A stretch of 61,491 nucleotides of DNA from Thermoplasmatota archaeon (GTDB lineage: Archaea > Thermoplasmatota > Penumbrarchaeia > Penumbrarchaeales > Penumbrarchaeaceae): the NCBI GenBank assembly GCA_029762535.1, contig JARVGK010000018.1:1-61491 (forward strand), read 5' to 3'. Positions 39,401 to 48,966 of the stretch are shown here, piece after piece. Made by a program: the position numbers and the translations under genes. Positions within the stretch are counted from its first letter, which is position 1. Every line of letters starts with the position of its first letter. The notes beneath the pieces are model-generated. The model ran no database searches and was not told where the DNA came from. It saw nothing but the letters and a program-made list of their open reading frames with translations.

Positions 39401-39632
39401 CGTCCCATGTGTTGTTCTCGAGGACGTTGTCCGCATAGTTCGGATCAGTATCTCCGTAGAACGTGGGCTTGTTGAAGGATATGTTGTAGGTCTCGCTGTG
39501 GCCCTTAAGACCCCTCGAAGGCGGGACAGAGGGATCCGCCCCCCCGCCCATCGAGAAGGCGGCGAAGGAGGTCGTCAACAACAATGCTATCAGGGCCAGG
39601 CAGGCCATGGTCTTCTTTCCGATCATCATCAT
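36474..39632 (-). CDS. Surface protein with Omp28/thioredoxin-like CxxC domain, tandem Ig-like repeats, TM anchor and Pro-rich tail
   Basis: ILMEDFTATWCGYC, VEWH, GIPRYIIDG; repeats IxWxAxD.ED...NTGxxxWDT; signal peptide from MMMIGKK. Confidence 0.8.
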   Translation of the reverse strand: MMMIGKKTMACLALIALLLTTSFAAFSMGGGADPSVPPSRGLKGHSETYNISFNKPTFYGDTDPNYADNVLENNTWDDIAFVVFLQDMNRVKVKENLGAQSTTADCGDIYQVVFVELDGETVDTGTKQRILMEDFTATWCGYCTAVVGAMDRMDHDSNWFPEKYIGVEWHSGGGTYGTGTPLSVATARRSSYNIGTGIPRYIIDGMDPWVGGNTDPNHTATETNIKNRINARVGTAMISIEAKAGHDDTKAWVEFTFTVEDPDFDNIKVEANAILMQNAHPRRHGTNNKAYLGWIANDHKKFRVLEVEGTPPSISDISPSEGAVISGDVEITFNASDPDAADDKISSKVEIKKRSASTWNTLSRTEGKFIWKTADMSGGTYLYPDGEYQVRITCTDYWEDVTTTLFNVSVLNPDPPQIILLEDDISSQFRSGNVAQGVIDIIWAAADDEDDVEDLLVSLFYKRSTDPWTAIAEDLPNTGSFSWDTMDPRVPDNTKYRILAIVTDTDNMTSEAVTSFEFTINNPDPPTIELNSINVEDLELSGTVYIRWTALDEEDATQNLLINIYLSRNGGEDYEAYETGLANSGTRAFDTTQLPFGTNYRLRLRVIDTTGMYAEVETPVFAIYNNEAPIGSFLNPEQDDKVTGAVEIEWSASDREDAPSDLKVDLWYMSSISGYWTEIVVDYPNTGTYEWFTDELEDGDGTYTLKLIVKDKRGLTSPAYTIYFEVYNPKSPVISSPIMPNKDLSGSGTFTWIAEDPNPGETELLTLNVYYSTDKVNWIALAEGILNTGSFKWDVTNVPDGTYYLKVEIPDPVEEDLFALHIFEGVVIDNPDPPTVEFSQVPAKGSNVTGEITFAWSGDDPDGDRIMYSFYYRKFGTGEWTLVASEISGTSFVWNTSGLTTGDYEVRILARDDSSKGFESEQIYGPFQIYVKVVEGGGNGGGGGGTLQPEDEGDDTLLIVAVAILLLLLLVVIVLVAAVLVKRSRDAQAAQLPPPGGLMAPMPPAPLPGTARPDLPPATSPSPGVPSKEDPSSMGQDAGEGEIRTGEVPDTP

Positions 39633-39873
39633 CACCCTTGTACTTTGGATAATATCTATGGCTTGGACTACTGAAGCTATAAAAGCGCTTGAATCATATA
39701 TAAGGATTATTGGACGGCATTTGCATGAATCCCGTAACTGGGCTCTGTTTCGGCCATCCTCCATCGAAAACAATGTTAGGGGACGTCGCCTGAAGGGTTC
39801 ACGGACCAGCTTCTTTTGGCACACCATCAGGTTATTATAGAGGGGTATTTTTCACCAACAGAACCCTCGGCGG

Positions 39874-41829
39874 GTGTATAAGATGGACGATTCTTACTTC
39901 GAGGATATGGGTTTCATGTGCGGGATGGAGATCCACCAGCAGCTCAAGACACAGAGGAAGCTGTTCTGCCGCTGCCCCCCCGTCTATCGCAATGACCCAC
40001 CACATTACACCATCCTTCGACATATGAGGCCGACGCTATCCGAGATGGGGACCTATGACGGCACGGCGCTCATGGAGTTCAAGACCAGAAAGAACGTGAC
40101 CTATCAGTTCTACAGGGACACCTGCTGCTCGTACGAGATCGATGACACCCCGCCCTTCGAGATGGACGAGGAGGCGCTCGTGATATCCCTGGTGATCGCC
40201 TCAGCCCTGAACAGCCACCTTGTGGACGAGGTGCATGTCTCGAGGAAACAGTATCTGGACGGGACGATCCCGACCGGCTTCCAGAGGACCGCCATCGTTT
40301 CGCTCAGGGGAAGGATCCCCTGGAAGGACGGGAGGGACCTCGATATCCGACAGATCTCTTTAGAGGAGGACGCCTGCAGGGAGGTATCGGACATCGGACA
40401 CGAGGTCACCTTCCGGACCGACAGGCTGTCCATACCTCTGGTCGAGGTGGTGACCGAGCCCGTCGCGAAAAACCCCACAGAGGCAAGGGAGATCTCCGAG
40501 AGGATCGGCCGGGTGATGCGCTCGACCGGTCTGGTGAGGAGAGGGGCCGGGGCCACCCGCCAGGACGTCAACGTATCGATTAAGGGCGGAAAGAGGGTCG
40601 AGATCAAGGGCGTCCCAAAGCTGGACCTGATCCCGACGATAACCGCCGGGGAGGCGATACGGCAGCACAACCTCCTTCTCATCGCCCAGGAGCTGGAAAG
40701 ACGGGGGCTGGACCCGGGTAACATGGACGTCGAGGAATTCAATACGATGTCCGCTTCGGACGTGACCGCGCATCTGGAGGGCAGGCATGTGCCCTCGATG
40801 TCGCACATCTGGCCCGAGACCGTTCGCTCGGATGGAGAGCACAGGGCCATGGCCGTGCTCGTCCCGGGCTTCAATGGTTTATTCTCACACATCACCCATC
40901 ATTCCCAGCGTTTCATCGACGAGATCTCGGGCAGGGTCCGGGTGATCGCATGCCTGGACCATCTACCGAACGTATTCTCATCGGATATGCGGCCCCCGGA
41001 GGGCATGGACGATGAGTTGTACGCACGGATCATGGCCCATCTCGGAGGTGATGAGGATGACGCATTCGTCCTCGTCGCGGGCAACGAGGCGGATACGCTC
41101 ACGGCCGTACGGGAGATATACATTCGCTGCAGGGAGGCTTTCGACGGCGTCCCCCATGAAACACGGCAGGTCATTGGCCCTGATGAGACCTCCTTCGAGA
41201 GGATACTGCCCGGACCCGACAGGATGTATCCCGACACCGACAGGCCTCCAATAGTGGTCACCCCTGAAATACTGGCGAGGGTGAGGTCGCTTGTGCCGTC
41301 CTTACCTTACTGGGAGGAGGAAGAGGAGATGCGCTCGCTCGGGGTCTCGCCGGACAACGCCCGCATGCTCGTGGTGTCCGAGCTGATGCCCGTATACAAA
41401 AAGGCGTTATCCGAAGGGTGCAGCGCTCCCCTCGCAGCGAGGACGCTCATGGAGACTTTCAAGGACCTCATGCGTAAAGGGCATGACACGTCCCGCCTGG
41501 GCGGGGAGCATGTCCTTGACCTGCTGCGCATGCACAAGGATGGCGCGATAACATTGAATGCCATACCCGAGGCGTTGCGCCACGTCTGCGATAAAGGGGG
41601 GTCCAGCGGCTCCGCCGTCCGGGACCTTGTCCTCGAGAAGCTGGAAAGGCCCCAAGCAAGGCGTTCGGCGGAAGAGACGGCCAAGGCCAGGCCAGAACTG
41701 GCGGCCCTTTATGCGAATGGGGATAAGGGTAGATTGCTGGGTGCCGTGATGGCCTCGTGCAGGGGAAGGATCGACTCGGATGTGGTCATCGGGATACTCG
41801 ACTCGATGTTCCCCGGCATCGACAAATAG
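39874..41829 (+). CDS. gatE: Glu-tRNA(Gln) amidotransferase subunit E
   Basis: GMEIHQQL..KLFCRCP, DGTIPTGFQRT, LEEDA, RQDVNVSI, VEIKGV, RILPGPDRMYPDTD. Confidence 0.96.
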   Translation: MYKMDDSYFEDMGFMCGMEIHQQLKTQRKLFCRCPPVYRNDPPHYTILRHMRPTLSEMGTYDGTALMEFKTRKNVTYQFYRDTCCSYEIDDTPPFEMDEEALVISLVIASALNSHLVDEVHVSRKQYLDGTIPTGFQRTAIVSLRGRIPWKDGRDLDIRQISLEEDACREVSDIGHEVTFRTDRLSIPLVEVVTEPVAKNPTEAREISERIGRVMRSTGLVRRGAGATRQDVNVSIKGGKRVEIKGVPKLDLIPTITAGEAIRQHNLLLIAQELERRGLDPGNMDVEEFNTMSASDVTAHLEGRHVPSMSHIWPETVRSDGEHRAMAVLVPGFNGLFSHITHHSQRFIDEISGRVRVIACLDHLPNVFSSDMRPPEGMDDELYARIMAHLGGDEDDAFVLVAGNEADTLTAVREIYIRCREAFDGVPHETRQVIGPDETSFERILPGPDRMYPDTDRPPIVVTPEILARVRSLVPSLPYWEEEEEMRSLGVSPDNARMLVVSELMPVYKKALSEGCSAPLAARTLMETFKDLMRKGHDTSRLGGEHVLDLLRMHKDGAITLNAIPEALRHVCDKGGSSGSAVRDLVLEKLERPQARRSAEETAKARPELAALYANGDKGRLLGAVMASCRGRIDSDVVIGILDSMFPGIDK

Positions 41830-41892
41830 ATTGTTTTATCTATTGTTAATCCCATCATCCGCACTCCAACCGAAAAAGGGGTGCATCGTCTT

Positions 41893-42234
41893 ATGTCCGA
41901 TGAAAGGAAGATCGTCAGCAGGATGTTCTCGTCGTCCCTTGAGGAGATATTCGGCGGAGAGGACCTGATCCTCGAGGTAGCCAGGGATATGATCAAGGAT
42001 GAGATAAAGGGCAAGGTCAAAAAGACGTTGAACGAGGACCCCGATCTCAAGGCCGAGTTCAAGGATGCTCTCGAAATGTATTACGAGGCCAAGATACGCC
42101 AGGCCATAGCGGCATTCAAGATAGCCAAGGCATCCGCCAGGCTCGGCGTCAAGATGGCCCCGGAGGACATTCAGGAGCAGGTCCACAAGGAGATCGAGAC
42201 GGAGATTAACAGGATAATCGATGATACCCTGTGA
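41893..42234 (+). CDS. Hypothetical helical protein
   Basis: Charged helical ORF with host-like codon usage; stop overlaps the next start (GTGA). Confidence 0.75.
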   Translation: MSDERKIVSRMFSSSLEEIFGGEDLILEVARDMIKDEIKGKVKKTLNEDPDLKAEFKDALEMYYEAKIRQAIAAFKIAKASARLGVKMAPEDIQEQVHKEIETEINRIIDDTL

Positions 42235-42785
42235 TGGAGGCGATCAATTTGGACCCGAAAAAGCTGCGAGGATACGTGAAGGAGGCGTTCCCTGAACTTT
42301 CGATGATCGGATCATCGGAACTTCGGGACCAGGTCGTTGAGATGTGGGCCCTGTCCATGGAAGACGGGGGATGGGAGAGCCTGGACGGCATCCCCTTCAC
42401 CCTGCTGATCCCAAAAGCGGCCTACGATCTCAGGGAGCACACCCGCAGGATAACGCAATCCGCAGAGGCCGTTGCACGGACCAGGGGCGACCTGGATATG
42501 GACCTGGTAATAGCCGGAGGGCTGACCCACGACGTGGGTAAGCTGATGGAGTACGAGAGGGGTCCGGATGGAAATGTGGTTGCCAGCAGGAAGGGCAGGC
42601 TGCTAAGACATCCAGTTACCGGAATGGAGCTAGCCATGAGGGTGGGTGCGCCACTGGAGCTTCAGCACATAATAGTGGCCCATTCCAAAGAGGGCGACGC
42701 GGTAAAGAGGATACCCGAGGCGATCCTCATCCATCACTGCGATTTCATCGACTTCGAGATCGCCAAACAGAGAGCGGGAATGTGA
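42231..42785 (+). CDS. HD-domain phosphohydrolase
   Basis: EH...THDVGKL..RH..G..IIVAHS..PEA..HHCD. Confidence 0.88.
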   Translation: MMEAINLDPKKLRGYVKEAFPELSMIGSSELRDQVVEMWALSMEDGGWESLDGIPFTLLIPKAAYDLREHTRRITQSAEAVARTRGDLDMDLVIAGGLTHDVGKLMEYERGPDGNVVASRKGRLLRHPVTGMELAMRVGAPLELQHIIVAHSKEGDAVKRIPEAILIHHCDFIDFEIAKQRAGM

Positions 42786-42795
42786 TAGTCCCTGT

Positions 42796-42858
42796 CAAAA
42801 AAACCCACATCAGCCAAGGCTCACAACACAGCATGAAGATATCTGTGGGGTTTTTTTG
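42796..42858. terminator. Inverted repeat with A/T tracts, possible bidirectional terminator
   Basis: caaaaaaacccaca ... tgtggggtttttttg directly after the HD-gene stop. Confidence 0.45.
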
Positions 42859-43062
42859 TAAGTCCCTCTCGTCGCCAACACCTCGTTACGGGACTTCGAA
42901 ACCTGGCGCAACTATATCGTCGTTCGCTCATTACGATTGTGCGCCGTTGTGCGGGGGTATGAGGAGAGAACCGTTTCCAAACGTCCCATCTTCGTACCAA
43001 ACCACCAATGATGCGGAAAGCTTCTTAAGGAATCAATTACACTCGGAGATAAGGTGGTCCGA

Positions 43063-44319
43063 ATGAAAGCGGTGGTACTGGCAGCTGGCGAGGGAAGAAG
43101 GCTTCGCCCCCTCACCTCAAACTTCAGCAAGGGGATGCTACCTGTAGGCAACGTTCCCGTGATAGAATATGTGGTCAGGGCCCTGGCCGAGTGCGATATC
43201 AGAGAGATCTCGATAATCGTGGGATATCAGCGGGAGAAGGTGATGAACCATCTGGGGGACGGCAGGGACCTGGGCGTCCAGATCGAATACATACACCAGA
43301 AATTCCAACTTGGCACGGCCCATGCACTTTTCCAGGCAAGGGACAGGATCGAGGGCAGGTTCCTGGTCGTTCCGGGGGATTCTCTCATCTCATCAAAGGG
43401 AATTGCGGACCTGATGTCGATACCCGAAGACGAATGGGGCATACTAACGGCCACCTCCTCGAACTCCTCGAAGTACGGAAAGGTCGCTGTCAAGGGGGAC
43501 CATCTTCAACAGATAATAGAGAAACAGAAGATCACCGAGGACCTTATATCAACCGGGGTGCCCTCGGTATTCTCTCTGGCCCTCTGGGATTACAGCGACC
43601 CCATGGGCCCCAGCCTGATCAACACCGGAACGTATCTCTTCGATGAGGGGATATTCAACGCTCTCGAACGCATGGGGGTTGGAGAGGCGCAGAAGCTCGT
43701 ATCATGCCTGAACGACCGCGCTCTGGGAAAGAGGATAAGGGTCAAGACGACCAACAGCTGGCTGGATGCGGTGTATCCGTTCGACCTCCTCGACCTCAAC
43801 GAGCACGTCCTACAGAGTGTCGCTGGCGGATACGATGGCAGCCTCGACCCCGGAGTTGTCGTAAAAGGGCCCGTGGATATAGGACCCGAGGTCCGGTTGA
43901 GGTCCAATACCGTCATAGAAGGTCCAGTGAGGATCGGAGCGGGATCGATCATCGGACCCTGCGCATATATCGGACCTAACACCTCGATCGGCATAAACAG
44001 CAGCATCGGGCCAATGTCAGTGGTCAAAGGCTCGTTGATAATGGACGATATCAGGATCGGTTCGCACTGTAATGTATCCAACACGATCATATCGAACGGC
44101 TGCTCGATATCGGACTTCTTCGGGGTGGAGAGGGGGGAATATACCATCAGGCTCGAGAGGCAGTCGTTCAGCAAGAAGCTCGGCGCATGCGTAGGGCCCG
44201 ACTGTCATATCTCACATCATGTCTCGCTAGGGCCCGGGGTCATACTCGGCTCCGGATGCAGTATCGGCCCTATGAGGAACATCAGGGACAACCTTCCCGA
44301 CATGACCCGGGCGGTGTGA
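43063..44319 (+). CDS. glmU: Bifunctional sugar-1-phosphate nucleotidyltransferase/acetyltransferase (archaeal GlmU-like)
   Basis: KAVVLAAGEGRRLRPLT..K, QLGTAHAL, C-terminal hexapeptide repeats; adjacent to glmS. Confidence 0.8.
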   Translation: MKAVVLAAGEGRRLRPLTSNFSKGMLPVGNVPVIEYVVRALAECDIREISIIVGYQREKVMNHLGDGRDLGVQIEYIHQKFQLGTAHALFQARDRIEGRFLVVPGDSLISSKGIADLMSIPEDEWGILTATSSNSSKYGKVAVKGDHLQQIIEKQKITEDLISTGVPSVFSLALWDYSDPMGPSLINTGTYLFDEGIFNALERMGVGEAQKLVSCLNDRALGKRIRVKTTNSWLDAVYPFDLLDLNEHVLQSVAGGYDGSLDPGVVVKGPVDIGPEVRLRSNTVIEGPVRIGAGSIIGPCAYIGPNTSIGINSSIGPMSVVKGSLIMDDIRIGSHCNVSNTIISNGCSISDFFGVERGEYTIRLERQSFSKKLGACVGPDCHISHHVSLGPGVILGSGCSIGPMRNIRDNLPDMTRAV

Positions 44320-44330
44320 GGTGGACGACG

Positions 44331-46136
44331 ATGTGCGGGATAGTGGGATACCTGGGCGACCGTGAGGCGCTCGAAGTGCTCGTGGACTCCCTCAGAAGGC
44401 TCGAGTACAGGGGCTACGATAGCGCGGGATTCGCATCGATCGTCAGGTCAGGGGGCGCTAATGACCTCGAGGTCCGTAAGGCCCCCGGATACATCGATGC
44501 CATGGCGTCCGAGATGGAAAGGAAGGGGGCCAGAATAGGGATAGGTCACACCAGATGGGCCACCCACGGCGTCCCCAATCAGGTGAACGCTCACCCGCAC
44601 TGCTCATGCGACGGGACGATAGCGGTCGCGCACAACGGCATTATCGACAATCACACAACCTTGAAGGACGAGCTGGCATCGAAGGGCCACGAGTTCCGCT
44701 CCCAGACGGATTCGGAGGTGATCCCACATCTCATCGAGGAGTATTATGACGGGGACCTCGAGGAGGCGGTCGCCAGAGCCGTTGAGCGGCTGGAAGGGTC
44801 CTTTGCGTTCCTTGCTATACATCGGGACCACCCCGACAGGATCGTATGCTACCGGGAGAAGAGCCCGCTGGTACTGGGCAAGGGAGCTGGAGAGGGCTTC
44901 ATAGCCTCCGACGTTACAGCTCTTCTGAGCTACACCAACTCCTTCCTCTACATGGAGGACGGTGAGACGGCCGTCGTGAAGGCGGACGGGATCTCCGTCC
45001 GGAACAGGGATGGGGATCATGTCGATAGGACCTGGAAGCTGGTGGATTGGAGGCCGGAGGATGCCGAGAAGAGCGGCTTCAAACATTTCATGATCAAGGA
45101 GATCCACGAGCAGCCCAGATCGATGCATCAGACCCTCGCGGGATGGATGTCGGACGAGGATGCGCTGCCGCCCAGGCTGGTCAGGGCAAGGACGATAAAG
45201 ATCGTGTCGTGCGGCACCTCCTATCATGCCGGGCTGCTCGGCAAATACCTGTTCGAGCGCTATGCGGGGATCCCCACGACCGTGGAGATGGCCTCCGAAT
45301 ATCGATATGCCGACAGGACGGAGGAGGACTCCCTCGTAATATTGATCAGCCAGAGCGGCGAGACCGCCGACACCATAGCCGCTGCCAGGGAGGCGAAGCG
45401 CAGAGGCATGTTCACCCTTGCCGTAACGAACGTCCTCGGAAGCACCATATCCCGCGAGGCGGACCACACGCTGTATCTGAGGTCCGGCCCGGAGATCGGA
45501 GTGGCGGCCTCCAAGACGTTCACCTCCCAGGTCATGATGATGTATCTTTTGTCCTCGACGATAGGCCACAGGACCGGGCACATCGGCCGTGACGAGTTCA
45601 GAAAGGTAAAGGACGGGCTCAGGTCCGCGATCAGGGCCGTAGAGAAGGTACTGGGAGACACCGAGGCAGTGAAGGCACAGGCGGAATGGCTCTCGAGCGC
45701 CCACCATGCGTTCTTCCTCGGGCGATACATAAATTTCCCGGCCGCGCTCGAGGCATCACTGAAGATGAAGGAGATCTCATACATACACTCAGAAGGCTAT
45801 CCCGCAGGGGAATTGAAGCACGGCCCCCTCGCCCTTCTCCAGAAGGATACGCCCGTGATCGCTCTGATCTCGGACGATCACACCTATTCCAAGATGCTCG
45901 GGAACATCGGGGAATGTGCCGCCAGATCGAGCCCTGTTCTGGTCGTAGCCCCGGAGGGCGATTCGGAAGTGTCCAGATATACCGACAGGATATTGAGATA
46001 CCCCTGGATCGACCCTATGTTCTCACCCCTTGCGATATCGGTAACCATGCAGCTTCTGGCCTATTATGTTGCAGACCTCAGGGGATGCTCCATCGACAAG
46101 CCGAGGAACCTCGCCAAATCCGTCACGGTCGAATAG
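44331..46136 (+). CDS. glmS: Glutamine--fructose-6-phosphate transaminase (isomerizing)
   Basis: MCGIVG, LEYRGYDSAG, GHTRWATHG, SQSGETADT, ELKHGP, PRNLAKSVTVE. Confidence 0.98.
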   Translation: MCGIVGYLGDREALEVLVDSLRRLEYRGYDSAGFASIVRSGGANDLEVRKAPGYIDAMASEMERKGARIGIGHTRWATHGVPNQVNAHPHCSCDGTIAVAHNGIIDNHTTLKDELASKGHEFRSQTDSEVIPHLIEEYYDGDLEEAVARAVERLEGSFAFLAIHRDHPDRIVCYREKSPLVLGKGAGEGFIASDVTALLSYTNSFLYMEDGETAVVKADGISVRNRDGDHVDRTWKLVDWRPEDAEKSGFKHFMIKEIHEQPRSMHQTLAGWMSDEDALPPRLVRARTIKIVSCGTSYHAGLLGKYLFERYAGIPTTVEMASEYRYADRTEEDSLVILISQSGETADTIAAAREAKRRGMFTLAVTNVLGSTISREADHTLYLRSGPEIGVAASKTFTSQVMMMYLLSSTIGHRTGHIGRDEFRKVKDGLRSAIRAVEKVLGDTEAVKAQAEWLSSAHHAFFLGRYINFPAALEASLKMKEISYIHSEGYPAGELKHGPLALLQKDTPVIALISDDHTYSKMLGNIGECAARSSPVLVVAPEGDSEVSRYTDRILRYPWIDPMFSPLAISVTMQLLAYYVADLRGCSIDKPRNLAKSVTVE

Positions 46137-46174
46137 GGGCAAACGTTCAATATCCGTCTTCCCATAACGTCTAC

Positions 46175-46834
46175 GTGAGAACGATATGCATCTCCCTTGT
46201 CCTGATGCTCGGCCTCGTCCTGGGGTCAGTTGGCGTATCCGCCGGAAATGAGACGGTCTCCGCTACTATCGAGGTCCCACCGGAAGTGAGTTCCGAGGCC
46301 ATGAGGTCCAACGATACCGTCATGGTCATAGAGGGTTATTTCACGGTAACGAGGAGCGGTCCGGACCAGCTCCTGCAGCTCTCGGGGGCCCTGACCATAT
46401 CCCAAGGGACGTGGCCAGCTGAGATCACACCTTCGACGTTCTCCAACCTCGTCCAAGGGGAAAGATATTCGTTCCAGGTTAACGTGACGGTACCCGCCGA
46501 CAGCGAACTACCCGGGACCGCCTCCTATGTCATAGAGCTGATAATAACGAACATACTCGGGTCCACATCCTTCGAGGAGGCCTTCATCGTGAAGGTCGAC
46601 CCCCCAGCCCCCGTGGATCAAGGGGATGAGAGCATCATCCCAGGTTTCGAGGGCGGCTTCCCATGGGGGATCCTGATATTCGTCATCGGGCTCCTATTCC
46701 TCATCGTCCTTTGCGTCGTATGGGCATTCAGGAATCTGGAACTGGTCCGGGAGATCGGAGGCGGGCGCAGGATAATGCTGCGGGAGAAGAAAAGCGGAAG
46801 GATCCTCAAGGGGAGGGTGCCTCCGAACCGTTAG
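46175..46834 (+). CDS. Hypothetical secreted protein with C-terminal TM anchor
   Basis: GTG at 46175 then signal-like segment, beta-rich domain, TM (FPWGILIFV...). The upstream part of the track ORF overlaps glmS. Confidence 0.7.
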   Translation: MRTICISLVLMLGLVLGSVGVSAGNETVSATIEVPPEVSSEAMRSNDTVMVIEGYFTVTRSGPDQLLQLSGALTISQGTWPAEITPSTFSNLVQGERYSFQVNVTVPADSELPGTASYVIELIITNILGSTSFEEAFIVKVDPPAPVDQGDESIIPGFEGGFPWGILIFVIGLLFLIVLCVVWAFRNLELVREIGGGRRIMLREKKSGRILKGRVPPNR

Positions 46835-47979
46835 CGGACGAACTTGCGGGAGACCTCTTCAACGATGTCCATGCCCTTGTGGATGTTCTCCCTTGTATTG
46901 ACGAAGCTGAATCTCATGTGATATTCGCCCCGTCCCCCGAAGGATGTACCGTGAGAGCAGATCAGCCCGTTCCTGGCAAGCTCCAGGGCAAGGTCCTCGG
47001 ACGGGATCCTGCTGCCGTTCTGGTACAGGTCGTAGGAGGGGAAGGAATAGAAAGTGCCCGGTGGAGAGAGGGCCGTGAACCCAGGTATCTCGTTGAGCCT
47101 CTTCGTTATCAGGTCCCTCCTGCCATGGAACTCCTCGACCATGGTCTCGACGAACCCGTCGGCCGAACGCAGGCCCGCGAGCGCCCCGTGCTGAATGGGG
47201 GTGGCCGGGCATGCGACCATGTGGTAATGTGCCAGCGAGATCTTCTTAAGTATCTCCTCTCCCGCCGCGATGTATCCCAGCCGCCAACCGGTCATGGCGT
47301 ATATCTTCGAGAAGGAATTGATCACCACGGCCTTCTCGTACTGTCCCAGGAATGAATGATGGACGTTGCCGGTGTACACCATGCTGTCGTACACCTCATC
47401 GGATAGGAGTATGAGGTCCTTGTCCCTGGCCAGGTCCACAAGGTCGTCCCTGTCCTGCCTGGTCACCATACCCCCCGTCGGGTTGTTCGGTGAATTGACT
47501 ATGAGCATCTTCGACCTCTCGTCGATGAGACGGGAGATCTCGTCGGGGTCCGGCCTGAACTCGTTCTCCTGGACCAATCCGTATTCCCTGATCTGCCCCT
47601 CAACCAGCTGTATGTGAGGCCTGTACAGGACGAACCCTGGGTCCGGGGTCAAAACGCCTTCGCCCCTGTTCACGAACGTCAGGCAGGTCGAGAACAGGCC
47701 TTCGGTGCCTGAATTGGTCACAATGACGTTCTCGGTGGTTATGTTCTTCCACGAGCCCCTGAGCCTGTCGGCGATGGCCTCCCTCAGCTGGGGTATCCCG
47801 TTGGTCGGTCCATACTTGTTGAAACCCATTTCCATGGCCTCCCTGACGGCCTTTATGGCAACGGGCGGAGGCTGGAAATCCGGCTCGCCCAGCCCCAGGT
47901 TGACGCTGTCCCCTTTTACAAGATCGAACATTTTCCTGATCCCTGAGAGCTGGATGCCGTTCATCCTCGACGAGTACAT
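46831..47979 (-). CDS. PLP-dependent aminotransferase class I/II
   Basis: LGLGEPDF, NSPNNPTG, SDEVY, SFSKIYAMTGWRLG. Confidence 0.95.
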   Translation of the reverse strand: MYSSRMNGIQLSGIRKMFDLVKGDSVNLGLGEPDFQPPPVAIKAVREAMEMGFNKYGPTNGIPQLREAIADRLRGSWKNITTENVIVTNSGTEGLFSTCLTFVNRGEGVLTPDPGFVLYRPHIQLVEGQIREYGLVQENEFRPDPDEISRLIDERSKMLIVNSPNNPTGGMVTRQDRDDLVDLARDKDLILLSDEVYDSMVYTGNVHHSFLGQYEKAVVINSFSKIYAMTGWRLGYIAAGEEILKKISLAHYHMVACPATPIQHGALAGLRSADGFVETMVEEFHGRRDLITKRLNEIPGFTALSPPGTFYSFPSYDLYQNGSRIPSEDLALELARNGLICSHGTSFGGRGEYHMRFSFVNTRENIHKGMDIVEEVSRKFVR

Positions 47980-48198
47980 CGTATCACCGCTTGCCTTATG
48001 CGCATACCATATTTAATCCCGTTGATTACGAAGTTCATCGTCCCATCGTGTCCAGAAACGTCATGTCATTTTTTCCGAGTGGGTCATTTCGGGAAAAAAA
48101 AGATTTATAGCTGTTATTGTTTCCCATTCTGCTTATATAAATGATGGGCCTTCCATGGAAGGTTCCGTCCGATAAGAACACTCCCTGGAGGCCCATGG

Positions 48199-48957
48199 AT
48201 GACCAGACGCATCGCATTATACCACGATCAAGCCAGCGGCGAGCGCTACGAGGAGAAGGCCTTCAAGAAGACTGGTGTGAGATACGAGAAGATCGGACCC
48301 AAGGATATGATCAAGGATATTCTTGCCAGATACGATGTGGTCTTCCTTCCTGGGGCATTTCCATTGAAAACACACGACAAGGGGGGCTTCTTCGAGTTCC
48401 TTGACTTTCTCAGGAGGATGGTCAGGGTCTACAGGGACCCACTGCTCGATTACGTCAGGTCCGGAGGCGGGCTCATAGCCGTTTGCGCTTCCTCAGGAAT
48501 AGTTGGAAGGTCCATCAAGGTCCCGTTATACGCAAGGCCCTTCGCATGGGGGATCAAACCTTTGGGCCTCTTCGACTTCGATGCTGTTTACGGCCCTAGG
48601 ACCGGTATCGTCGACCTAGAGCCGGTCGATTACGACAGACCTCCCGAGGCAAGGAACGTTGTCGCTGAGGTCCTGGGAGAGTATTCCGGGGACAGGTTCT
48701 CCTCGCTCTACTTTCGGGGTCCGGCCATAACCTACGGTTCTAACAACGTCATCCATCCGTCGCTGAAAAAAGAGGAAAAACCCCCCGATGAGATGATAGT
48801 CGCGACCTATTCGGACGATGACCCCAGGCTCAACGGCAAGGGGGCCATCGCCTACAAGGAGTACGGCGAGGGAAAGGCCATCAGCTGTAGCGTGCACCCC
48901 GAGTTCTCCACCTGGGACCTCTTCGACTCGATGATAGAGACCGTTACGAGAAAGTGA
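48199..48957 (+). CDS. Class I glutamine-amidotransferase-like (BPL-N-like) protein
   Basis: DVVFLPG, YVRSGGGLIAVCAS (nucleophile Cys), SVHPE. Confidence 0.75.
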   Translation: MTRRIALYHDQASGERYEEKAFKKTGVRYEKIGPKDMIKDILARYDVVFLPGAFPLKTHDKGGFFEFLDFLRRMVRVYRDPLLDYVRSGGGLIAVCASSGIVGRSIKVPLYARPFAWGIKPLGLFDFDAVYGPRTGIVDLEPVDYDRPPEARNVVAEVLGEYSGDRFSSLYFRGPAITYGSNNVIHPSLKKEEKPPDEMIVATYSDDDPRLNGKGAIAYKEYGEGKAISCSVHPEFSTWDLFDSMIETVTRK

Positions 48958-48966
48958 GGTGCTTGA

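Noticed and set aside
42786-43062. glmS ribozyme upstream of glmU-glmS; ORFs 42782-43066 and 42912-43151
   Set aside because: Only a weak GCGCC/ACGAGG resemblance, on the wrong strand; the ORFs lack motifs and overlap structured DNA or glmU.
44604-45707. Long antisense and alternate-frame ORFs here and throughout (e.g. 38407-39408, 30122-30922)
   Set aside because: Shadows of well-supported genes, expected in GC-rich DNA.
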